In this document: positions 36,601 to 44,158 of the stretch, piece after piece
Layout of the letters: every line of letters begins with the position of its first letter
Position numbering within the stretch: position 1 is the stretch's first letter
Assembly: GCA_965243025.1 (NCBI GenBank)
Contig: CBDETY010000003.1
Coordinates: 2,400,001-2,464,000 of the forward strand
Reading direction: 5' to 3'
From: Candidatus Latescibacterota bacterium
GTDB taxonomy: Bacteria > Latescibacterota > UBA2968 > UBA8231
Length of the DNA stretch: 64,000 nucleotides
Notes under the pieces: generated by a model
Databases searched by the model: none
The model's input: the letters and a program-made list of their open reading frames with translations, nothing else
What the model was told of the DNA's origin: nothing
Program-made: the position numbers and the translations under genes

Positions 36601-38006
36601 TGGGACCCGCCGGAAATACTAGCCCCCGTGGAATGTGGTCCAACGGAGTGACCATGTGGGTTGCGGACACGGATGATGACAGGATATACGCCTACAACAT
36701 CGCTACGAAATCCCATGACCGGAGCAAGGACCTCACCACCCTGAACGCGGCCGGAAACGAATATCCCACCGGCATTTGGTCCGACGGCACGACCATGTGG
36801 GTGGTGGACGCCCGGGACGAGAAGATTTACGCCTATAACCTGGCCACCAGGGCCCGTGACGCGAGCAAGGATTTCAACACCCTGAGCGCTGCTGGAAACT
36901 TCAGCCCCCAAGACATCTGGTCTGACGGCACGACCATGTGGGTGGTGGAAGACCGGGGACCCCATGCCTCAGGTGACAAGGTCTATGCATATGACATGGC
37001 GACGAAGATTCGCGAACCGGCCAAGGACTTCACCGGGTTGACGGCCGCCGGAAACAAGGAACCGTCCGGTATCTGGTCCGACGGAACGACCCTGTGGGTT
37101 GCCAACTACGAACAACGCAGCTTCACCGATGCAGGGGATCGCCTCAGGCATTACAGCGCCAAGATATATGCTTACAACATGCCGCCCAAGTCCACCGTCG
37201 GTTTCCCGGGGGCCCCCAGTATCCGGTCGGTGACCCCCGGGGAAGGCTCCCTCACCGTGACCTGGGACGCGCCATCCAGCGACGGAGGGTCCGCCATCAC
37301 CGCCTACTACCTGCGTTACACCCGCACCAGGGGTGGCGGTAATCTTCTGGGGGGCCGGGTACGTGTCTGGACTACCGACTCGGGAGCCCTGAGGTACGAA
37401 CTGACCGGCCTGGCTGAAGGCACCCAGTGGGATCTGGAGGTGCAGGCGGTCAACAGCCGAGGCGAGGGCCCTTGGTCCGCCGCCCTCAGCGGAACTCCGA
37501 CACAAGCAACACAGGCGAAAGCAGCCACCGATTTCAACGAGGACGGCAAGACCGATTTCGTCGACTTCTTCCAGTTCATCGACGCCTTCGGCAGCACCGA
37601 CCCGAAGTTCGACCTCGACGGAAGCGGCACCGTCGACTTCGTCGACTTCTTCCAGTTCGTCGATGCCTTCGACCAGCCGGGACAGGCCAAGCTGCTGGCA
37701 CTGGCCCACGAGAGGCTCGGCCTTCCTTCCGAAACCGAATTGCAGCAGAATTGGCCCAACCCCTTCAACAGCGAAACCGTAATCTCATGGTTTCTGCTGG
37801 AGCCGGGTCCAGTGCGGCTGGAGGTTTTCTCCCTGACGGGACAGCGGGTGGCGGTGCTGCAGCAGGGGCCGCTCAAGGCAGGCCGCCACCGCGTCCATTG
37901 GAACGGCCGGGACGATTCGGGCCGCCCCCTTGCCAGCGGCGTTTACCTGTACAGGCTGGCGACGGACGAGACCGTCCAGACGCGAAAACTCACACTGCTG
38001 CGGTGA
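33609..38006 (+). CDS. Secreted adhesin-like protein: GLUG-type repeats, 2 cadherin-like sandwiches, 2 five-repeat propellers, FN3, dockerin-like + FlgD/T9SS-CTD-like domain
   Basis: RBS AAGGAGG before ATG 33609; DSDDDGLIEI; VGGLVG repeats; DATL...EGRNxxTITVTAxD twice; GIWSDGTTMWV repeats; LTVTWDAPSSDGGSAITAY. Confidence 0.88.
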   Translation: MKTPAVNHQFPQLVPGLLPFCAAFLLAAGAADASTVSYDSDDDGLIEISTLAQLNAIRWDLDGDGAADNGSNASAYTRAFPNPAAGMGCAAADHDGHSATPDVPVCTGYELKVDLDFDTDGDGDMDVGDEYWNRGAGWEPIGSSGNEFIATFDGDGHTITRLYIDRSSSRIGLFGVVGDGGQVRNVGVREANVTGSGKGSIVGGLAGKNAGIITGSYVTGSVTGTGSGSSEVGGLVGRNAGSSGASRSIVASHASASVTGSGSHGRVGGLAGYNYGSIRASYATGAVRGTGSNSEVGGLVGFHNGGSIAVSYASGAVTGGSHVGGLVGKNWGGGIWACYASGAVTGGNYVGGLVGEIQGSIRASYATGWVTGTGTYVGGLVGRDYDLVINNSSSFIGNCYWNTTTSGKVSSAGGEGKATAELQTPTGYAGIYAEWNLDLDNADGDRDATTGGDDPWDFGTAQQYPALRADFDGDGTTTWREFGEQRPDAAPPDDAGSPNDATLKALGVSPVDIEGFAADVRTYQIGVDNEVSQVTVTPYLNDEAATVDINGSSVSSGSGHAVSLAEGRNEITITVTAQDSTTTKEYIIVAGRGSNAPFAWKVTDDFGARLPFTEPYGIWSSGTTMWVMHTSLFFRDPGETSKYTTLQAYGMSTKEQGVSFHTLKTWGNDDPLGIASDGTTMWVADHYDGKIYAYRLSNYSRNLSREINGLVLAGITKPKGIAVEPVLGGFWVADDADDKLYAYNRHTLRRIPNADFNTLAAAGNNNPTGIWTDGTTMWVADSLDAKLYAYDRSSKARVPSKDFNTLRAAGNTRPWGIWSDGETMWVTDWWDKIFSYNMPDFSDATLSMLTVSPAGIAGFDSEVTAYHVGVANDVTQVSLIPTLTLSGGTIDLDGSSVASGSSHSVSLSEGRNDVTITVTADDGRTTEVYTVTVGRSDTTAYGWNAAEDFNTLYSADNDFPTGLWADSTTIWVSDLDGKLYAYNRSTRARDAAKDFDALGPAGNTSPRGMWSNGVTMWVADTDDDRIYAYNIATKSHDRSKDLTTLNAAGNEYPTGIWSDGTTMWVVDARDEKIYAYNLATRARDASKDFNTLSAAGNFSPQDIWSDGTTMWVVEDRGPHASGDKVYAYDMATKIREPAKDFTGLTAAGNKEPSGIWSDGTTLWVANYEQRSFTDAGDRLRHYSAKIYAYNMPPKSTVGFPGAPSIRSVTPGEGSLTVTWDAPSSDGGSAITAYYLRYTRTRGGGNLLGGRVRVWTTDSGALRYELTGLAEGTQWDLEVQAVNSRGEGPWSAALSGTPTQATQAKAATDFNEDGKTDFVDFFQFIDAFGSTDPKFDLDGSGTVDFVDFFQFVDAFDQPGQAKLLALAHERLGLPSETELQQNWPNPFNSETVISWFLLEPGPVRLEVFSLTGQRVAVLQQGPLKAGRHRVHWNGRDDSGRPLASGVYLYRLATDETVQTRKLTLLR

Positions 38007-38156
38007 TTTTTCCTGAATGCTACGGGCGATTTCCCCCCCATCTTTGTATCCTATGGTTCATATAATTTTTGAATGTTGGTATTTCCGCTTTTTTTTGCGG
38101 CCTTTTCAGTGCTTCCGCTCAGAAAAGCGCTGCTCACCCTAGGAACGGAGAATGAT

Positions 38157-39191
38157 ATGCCGGGTTTTTTCCTGCTGGCCTGCTTTTCGGCTTTTTTTCT
38201 GACCTCTCGGGTTTTCTCCCAACAGGTCTCCGCTCCGGAGACCGAAAATCCCGGCCCGTCCCTGCAGGCCGTTGAGCCGCCCCCTGCCCCGGCTGCCTGC
38301 CTGGTCGGGGAACATTCCGGTTTCCCGGAAGCCGACGCGCGGACCGCCGCGCTTCTCGTGTGCGGCGAGCTGAACAAACAGGGCATAGCGGTCGGGGAGC
38401 CCGCTTTCCGTGCACCGGACTCCGGGGGTATCTACCGGTTGGGGCTGCACCGCCTGGGACAAAAGATCCTGGTGCGCCTGAGCCATGAATTCCCCGCCGG
38501 GACCGTCGTTGTCGAGCGGCAGATCCAGTTGGGAAATATCGAAGAGATGATCTCGGCCGCGCCGCGACTGGTCGATGCCCTCGTCCACCGGAAATCGCTC
38601 GCGGCCACGGTCGACATGGAGAGTGTCGTTGAACAGGAGGCACGCCGGCATCGAAAGATACCCGGTGAGTCCTTCTGGGATATCGGGCTCCTTGGAACTT
38701 TCGCTCTCATCACGGACGCTGACATGATAGGCAAACCGGGCTACAGTCTCGGCTGGTTTCACGAGACACCGTCCTATGCCGTGGGAACCGCGTTCTGGGG
38801 TGCAGGAGGAGAGGACGATGAGGGCGACAGCTTTCACTTTTTCTCCTGGGGAATCGGGGGCCGCTACTTCTTCAACAAGCAGAACTTCTCGCCCTATGTC
38901 GGCGGCGGGTTCTCCCACGTCTGGTCCGGCTATGAACAAACAACCTCGAGGTGGAATTCGAGGCGGGACAGGTGGGAAGAGGAATGGGAATCCGAAGACG
39001 GGAATGGCCTGGGGGGTTACGTCGTCGGCGGAATGGAAGCCATGCGTCTCACCAGTGTTCGCCTCAAGCTCGAATTGCGCGTGGACCGGCCGTTTTTTCA
39101 GTTGGAAACCCGGGACGTGATGCCGGTGACACTGGGTGTTTCGTTTTGCTTCCGCGGAGGTGGGGGAGGATTCGGAGGGATGTGGTTTTGA
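38157..39191 (+). CDS. Exported protein with probable C-terminal outer-membrane beta-barrel
   Basis: Signal peptide; alternating aromatic/Gly strands GGRYFF, SPYVGGG, GYVVGG; terminal F. Confidence 0.6.
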   Translation: MPGFFLLACFSAFFLTSRVFSQQVSAPETENPGPSLQAVEPPPAPAACLVGEHSGFPEADARTAALLVCGELNKQGIAVGEPAFRAPDSGGIYRLGLHRLGQKILVRLSHEFPAGTVVVERQIQLGNIEEMISAAPRLVDALVHRKSLAATVDMESVVEQEARRHRKIPGESFWDIGLLGTFALITDADMIGKPGYSLGWFHETPSYAVGTAFWGAGGEDDEGDSFHFFSWGIGGRYFFNKQNFSPYVGGGFSHVWSGYEQTTSRWNSRRDRWEEEWESEDGNGLGGYVVGGMEAMRLTSVRLKLELRVDRPFFQLETRDVMPVTLGVSFCFRGGGGGFGGMWF

Positions 39192-39763
39192 AACCGGCTT
39201 ACCTGTCCGCAATCCTTGTCGGCTGTGCCCTTTCCCCGGAGGCGGCAGCCGAGACGCAAACGGGCCATTCGGCATCCCTTGCCCACGACCGGAACCTGCT
39301 GCTGAAGGCGACCCGTTTCGGGGCGCTGGAGCTGGCTTTCCCCAAGGCCTGCGCGGCCATGCCCGACAGCCTGCGGGAGGGGGCCGAGGATGAGGCCAAC
39401 CAGGCCAACCGGCCCGGGTTTCAATACAAAATCGAGCACTTCTGCGGGTTTGCGGAGGGGCACGCATTGGTTCTCAGCCGCATCGTCGGTCAGGAGCCGT
39501 CCGCGGACTTCGCCTACCTGGCCGGGTACCAGCCGGTGGAGCGCCGTTCCGGGGACGACTACCTCCAGGTGCGATCCATGAATTCGGGGGCGGTAGCGCT
39601 CCGGGAGTACTCCTTCGTGCGCTCGGGCTTTATCGTCAGGCAGGTGTTCGTCCAGACCCCCGCGGCAGTGTACCAGCTGGACGTACTCATCCGGAAAGCG
39701 TGGACCGGAGTCATGATCAAGACCTACGAGTCCGTGCTTTCTTCCATTCACATCGTTCCCTGA
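39188..39763 (+). CDS. Hypothetical exported protein
   Basis: TTG overlapping the upstream TGA, signal-peptide-like MKPAYLSAILVGCALSPEAAA, fills the gap to the next gene. Confidence 0.55.
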   Translation: MKPAYLSAILVGCALSPEAAAETQTGHSASLAHDRNLLLKATRFGALELAFPKACAAMPDSLREGAEDEANQANRPGFQYKIEHFCGFAEGHALVLSRIVGQEPSADFAYLAGYQPVERRSGDDYLQVRSMNSGAVALREYSFVRSGFIVRQVFVQTPAAVYQLDVLIRKAWTGVMIKTYESVLSSIHIVP

Positions 39764-39774
39764 GGAGGGATACC

Positions 39775-40059
39775 ATGAAGAAGAAGCTGATCGCCCCGCT
39801 GCTGCTGGCCGTCCTGGTCCTGGCCGGCTGCTCCGCCCACGTGCACATGGTGGGCCAGGGTGCACAAGGGACCGAAGTGGTAGCCGCACGGCAGTTCTAC
39901 GTCATCAGCCTGGCGCCGCTCAACGAGGTGGATACGCGGGCCATGGCCGGCGGAGCCGAGGACTACACCATCAAGACAGCGGCCGGTTTCGTCGACATCG
40001 TCATCGGGGCAGTCACCGGGGGGATCATCACGTCCCGCAAGGTGGTGGTGGAAAAATAG
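39775..40059 (+). CDS. Small Bor/Iss-like lipoprotein
   Basis: RBS GAGGAGG, lipobox VLAGC, and a RQFYVISL...VDTRAM...FVDIVIG...SRKVVV pattern typical of the Bor family. Confidence 0.65.
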   Translation: MKKKLIAPLLLAVLVLAGCSAHVHMVGQGAQGTEVVAARQFYVISLAPLNEVDTRAMAGGAEDYTIKTAAGFVDIVIGAVTGGIITSRKVVVEK

Positions 40060-40074
40060 CCGGACGCTGACATC

Positions 40075-40122
40075 GCCTGCTGCCTGCCCCTCCCCCCGGG
40101 CAGGCAGCCCATACAGGCTTTT
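40075..40122 (+). terminator. Probable terminator hairpin between the Bor-like gene and ppk2
   Basis: Perfect 11-bp stem GCTGCCTGCCC/GGGCAGGCAGC (40079-40108), outer GCCTG/CAGGC, then TTTT. Confidence 0.45.
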
Positions 40123-40145
40123 CAACGGGTGGTCAGGAGCGTGAG

Positions 40146-40967
40146 ATGGCAAAAAAGGAAAAAGGAGATCCCCCCGACTCCTCCGGCAAGGGGAAGTTGA
40201 ACCGGGTGGGTTACGAGAAGGAGCTGGCCAAGCTCCAGACAGAGCTGGCCAAGCTGCAGGAATGGATACGCCACGAGGGCCTGAAGGTCGTCGTCATCTT
40301 CGAGGGCCGCGACGCGGCCGGCAAGGGAGGCGTAATCCGGCGCATCACCGAGTCGCTCAACCCCCGCATCTGCAGGGTCGTCGCCCTCGGCACTCCGACG
40401 GAGCGGCAGAAGACGCAGTGGTATTTCCAGCGCTACGTCGAGGAACTTCCGGCGGCCGGGGAGATGGTTCTGTTCGACCGCAGCTGGTACAACCGCGCCG
40501 GCGTCGAGCGGGTGATGGGTTTCTGCACGGAAACGGAAGTGAATGAGTTCTTCCGCAGCTGTCCCGAGTTCGAGCGCATGCTGGTGCGCTCGGGAATCAT
40601 CCTGATCAAGTACTGGTTCTCGGTTTCCGAGGAGGAGCAGGGACGGCGTTTCAAGCAGCGCATCTCCGACCCGGCGCGGCGCTGGAAGCTCAGCGGCATG
40701 GACCTGGAAGCGCGCACCCACTGGGTCGACTACTCGCGGGCCAAGGACGACATGTTCCGCCATACCGACATCAAGCAGGCGCCCTGGTTCGTCGTCGACG
40801 CCAACAACAAGCGCCGGGCCCGCCTCAACTGCATCTCCCACCTGCTGGGCATGATCCCTTACAGGAACGTGCTTCCTGACAAGCTCGAGCTCCCGCCGAT
40901 GCAGCAGGATGACAGCTACGTGCGCCCCCCGGTGGATGACCAGACCTTCGTGCCCGAGGTGTACTGA
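40146..40967 (+). CDS. ppk2: Polyphosphate kinase 2 (class I-like)
   Basis: FEGRDAAGKGG (Walker A), WYFQRY, FDRSWYNRAGVE (Walker B), RWKLS. Confidence 0.95.
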   Translation: MAKKEKGDPPDSSGKGKLNRVGYEKELAKLQTELAKLQEWIRHEGLKVVVIFEGRDAAGKGGVIRRITESLNPRICRVVALGTPTERQKTQWYFQRYVEELPAAGEMVLFDRSWYNRAGVERVMGFCTETEVNEFFRSCPEFERMLVRSGIILIKYWFSVSEEEQGRRFKQRISDPARRWKLSGMDLEARTHWVDYSRAKDDMFRHTDIKQAPWFVVDANNKRRARLNCISHLLGMIPYRNVLPDKLELPPMQQDDSYVRPPVDDQTFVPEVY

Positions 40968-41000
40968 GCATCCCGTCAGATCAAGGGAGACCGATCCGCG

Positions 41001-42353
41001 ATGATCCTTCGATCACTCATCCATGCACTGGTGTTGGCGTCGCTGTCCGTACCGGCGGTTTCGCAAGATGGGCTTGCCGCAGCGACCGAGACGGACACCG
41101 CCGAAGTCTACCAGACCCGGCACAATCAGATGCTCTCCTTTCCCAAGCACCTCTGGAATATCCTTATCTACCCGATCGGGCAGTTCACCATCTGGGCCGA
41201 AGCCAAAGGCCTGTTCACCCGCGGGGGCAAGGAGAAAACCGCCGGATGGTTCCCTTATGTGGTCTTCGGCGGTGAGACGGGAACCGGTGAGGAAACAGGG
41301 TTCGGGGGTGGGCTCAACCTGTTTCGCGCTGATTTGTTCGGGCGGGGAAATCAATTCTCCGCGAACTTGATCGCCAACCGCTCCAATTACAGCGGGATTG
41401 CCCGGTATGGCGACCCCGGGGTCGGCGGCGGCCCCTGGTATTGGAATGCGACCGTCGAAGCGTTGGGAACCAGGTACGACAAGGCTACCATCAATGGCGA
41501 GGGCGAATCGGGGGGCCCTGAGGAGCGGTTCGATTTCCAGCAGCGAGACGTACGGCTTACTCTGAGACGCCACTCAAACTACGGCGAGACCGATGGCTGC
41601 GAACCGGATGCGATCGTTGAACTGCGGCTGTCGTACGGCTTTCGCCAGTACGACGATATCGGCCGCGAGTCCAGCGGCATTGCCGGGGCGAACGAGGCCA
41701 TCGACCTGTTCTCGGTCGGCGGCCGAACGGCCTACGACGACCGCGACTTCAAGCCGCCGAGCCGGTCAATCAGCCATCCTTTGAACTATCAATTCCCCGG
41801 ACGCGTCCTGTTGTTCGCCGACGGGAACTACTACAGCTTCCGCGACACCGCCTTCCCCGAGCGCGGCGGACTCATCCAGATCGAGGCGGATTACGCCGTC
41901 GGGTCCGGGAACGTTCGGTATTTACATTACGCAGCCGAAGTTCAGCGATTCTTCACGCTGTTTTACAACAATCGGATTCTTGCCTTGCGGGCAAGGCTCG
42001 AAAAGGCGCATCCCCTCGGAGACGACAGCATCATTCCCTATTCCGACCTGAACACCCTGGGAGGCGGTCAGCGCTTGCGGGGCTACAAGCGAGGATTCTT
42101 CCGCGGCCAGGGCAGCCTGCTGTTCAGCGCCGAGTACCGCTACCCGATCTGGGATACCTGGAACGCCTTCCTGTTCGTCGACGAAGGGCAGGTGTTCGAA
42201 AAGTACGGCGACCTCGAACCGGCGGCGTTCAAGTACAGTTTCGGCGGCGGCATCAGCGTGCGGACGGAACGCGCCTTCCTGTTCGGGCTGCGCGTCGCCC
42301 GCAGCGAGGAGGAAAAGGCATTGGTGGGGCTTTCACTGGAGAAGGACTTCTGA
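41001..42353 (+). CDS. Omp85/BamA-TamA-family outer-membrane beta-barrel without obvious POTRA domains
   Basis: Signal peptide; LGGGQRLRGYKRGFFRG (VRGY-loop equivalent), SAEYRYP, FVDEGQV, SFGGG; terminal F. Confidence 0.85.
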   Translation: MILRSLIHALVLASLSVPAVSQDGLAAATETDTAEVYQTRHNQMLSFPKHLWNILIYPIGQFTIWAEAKGLFTRGGKEKTAGWFPYVVFGGETGTGEETGFGGGLNLFRADLFGRGNQFSANLIANRSNYSGIARYGDPGVGGGPWYWNATVEALGTRYDKATINGEGESGGPEERFDFQQRDVRLTLRRHSNYGETDGCEPDAIVELRLSYGFRQYDDIGRESSGIAGANEAIDLFSVGGRTAYDDRDFKPPSRSISHPLNYQFPGRVLLFADGNYYSFRDTAFPERGGLIQIEADYAVGSGNVRYLHYAAEVQRFFTLFYNNRILALRARLEKAHPLGDDSIIPYSDLNTLGGGQRLRGYKRGFFRGQGSLLFSAEYRYPIWDTWNAFLFVDEGQVFEKYGDLEPAAFKYSFGGGISVRTERAFLFGLRVARSEEEKALVGLSLEKDF

Positions 42354-44029
42354 TGATTGTCCCGACGGTGACGTTGCTGTTGGCTTGGAGTCTGTTGTTT
42401 CCCAACGCGGCCACGGCCGCCCCGGAGCTGACCACCGAGCCGATCAAGTGGTTCGACGCCGACAACAGGCATATCACCGAGCCGGTCGAGATCGAGGAGA
42501 ACCAGGTCTGGGACATCGCCGACCACACCTTCTTTCACCAGGTCGGGAAAGTGCTCGACCTGGGGTGGTCCGCCCGCAGGGCCGGCAACCTCCTTGGCTT
42601 CGCCGGCCCGCGCCAGGCCGACAACGTCAACGCCCTCGACGAGGTGCCCAACTCCTCCTGGTTCACCAACCGGCACTTCCTGCGGCCAATGACCCTGGAA
42701 GAGCTGGCCGCCGGACCCGGTTTCTCCGAGCCGGACGACAGCGGCCCCTGGGAGATCGTCGCCGGCAAGTTCGAAGGCGGCACCGCCGGCTTCACCATCA
42801 AGGACGCCTCGAAGCGGTATTTCCTTCTCAAGTTCGATTCCGAAGGGAACAACGAGATGGGGTCGGCCGCGGAGGCGATCGCCACCAAGGTCCTGTACGC
42901 CGCCGGGTACAACGTGCCCCGCAACTCTGTCGTCTACTTCCACCCCGGGCTGCTGCGGATCGGCCCGAAGGCCAAGGTGCCGACCGGAGACGGCGGCAAG
43001 CGGCCGATGACGCAGGCGGATCTGCAAGGCATCCTCGACAACATCATCCCGCAGCCGGACGGCACCCTGCGCTGCATGGCCAGCGAATTCCTCGAGGGCA
43101 AGCCGGTCGGGGTCTTCAACTACGACGGCCGGCGAAAAGACGACCCCAACGACCGGGTCGACCACGAGCACCGACGCGAGCTGCGCGGCCTGCGCGTGAT
43201 CGGCTCCTGGCTCAACGACGCCGACCGCCGGGCGGCCAACACCCTCGACATGTACGTGACCGAAGAGGACGGCCGCAGCTACATCCGCCACTACCTCATA
43301 GACATGGGTTCCGCCCTCGGCAGCAACAACAGGATGCCGCACCTGCCCAAGTACGGCAACGAGTACGTCTGGGATCCGCGCACGATCCTGCGCTCGCTCG
43401 TGTCGTTCGGGCTCTACCGCAAGAAGTGGGAAGAGCCGCTGCCGATGAAGTACCCCGCGATCGGCTACTTCGAGAACGAGACCTTCAGTCCCCGGGGATG
43501 GGTTCCCACCTATCCCAACCCCGCGTTCGAGCGCTGCACCGACCGGGACGGGTACTGGGGCGCCAAGATCGTCATGGCCTTCCGCGACGACGAGATCCGC
43601 GCCATGGTCGAGCAGGGGCGCTACTCCGATCCGGGCGCCACTGCGGAGCTGACCCGGCTTTTAGCCGAGCGGCGGGACATGATCGGACGCTACTGGTTCG
43701 AGCGCGTCAACCCGCTGGATCACTTTCAAGTTGAAGACGGCGGCTTGCGGTTCGCCGATCTCGCCGTGGAGGGGGGGCTGGCGCGGCGGGCGTCGCGTCA
43801 GTGGCGGTATGCTGCCGTCGATGCAGACGGAGACCCGGTTTTCGATCCGCGGCCGATAGCCGAGCCGCTCATCCCGGTCGGCGATGAGGCGCGGGGCGGG
43901 GAGTTCTTCGGCTACCGGATCCGGAGCCGGAGCGGCGATGGCACCAAGTGGAGCAACCGAACTACGGTGTTTCTCCACAAGCACGAGGATGGCCGCCTCC
44001 AACTGGTTCGGATCGACCGGGAAGGGTAG
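42353..44029 (+). CDS. Secreted atypical kinase-fold protein (HipA/PI3K-PI4K/CotH-like)
   Basis: Signal peptide ending ATAA; Gly loop EGGTAGF, beta3 Lys LLKFD, helix-C Glu AAEAIATK, catalytic loop DRRAAN, IDMG; ATG overlaps the Omp85 stop (TGATG). Confidence 0.75.
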   Translation: MIVPTVTLLLAWSLLFPNAATAAPELTTEPIKWFDADNRHITEPVEIEENQVWDIADHTFFHQVGKVLDLGWSARRAGNLLGFAGPRQADNVNALDEVPNSSWFTNRHFLRPMTLEELAAGPGFSEPDDSGPWEIVAGKFEGGTAGFTIKDASKRYFLLKFDSEGNNEMGSAAEAIATKVLYAAGYNVPRNSVVYFHPGLLRIGPKAKVPTGDGGKRPMTQADLQGILDNIIPQPDGTLRCMASEFLEGKPVGVFNYDGRRKDDPNDRVDHEHRRELRGLRVIGSWLNDADRRAANTLDMYVTEEDGRSYIRHYLIDMGSALGSNNRMPHLPKYGNEYVWDPRTILRSLVSFGLYRKKWEEPLPMKYPAIGYFENETFSPRGWVPTYPNPAFERCTDRDGYWGAKIVMAFRDDEIRAMVEQGRYSDPGATAELTRLLAERRDMIGRYWFERVNPLDHFQVEDGGLRFADLAVEGGLARRASRQWRYAAVDADGDPVFDPRPIAEPLIPVGDEARGGEFFGYRIRSRSGDGTKWSNRTTVFLHKHEDGRLQLVRIDREG

Positions 44030-44158
44030 GAAAAGTTTCTCCAGGATCCACTGGCCCTTGGCCAGGCCAGTTGTTCACGCTTCATTCCCGTTTGCGTTCG
44101 TCACCCCTGTGGCAGACCCCCTGACACTCCTGACCTTCACCAGTAAACGGGCTCGCTC

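Noticed and set aside
5138-38006. Diversity-generating retroelement or shufflon explaining the repeated cassettes
   Set aside because: No reverse transcriptase or recombinase in the window, copies are all in-frame parts of genes in direct orientation, and differences are not visibly adenine-specific.
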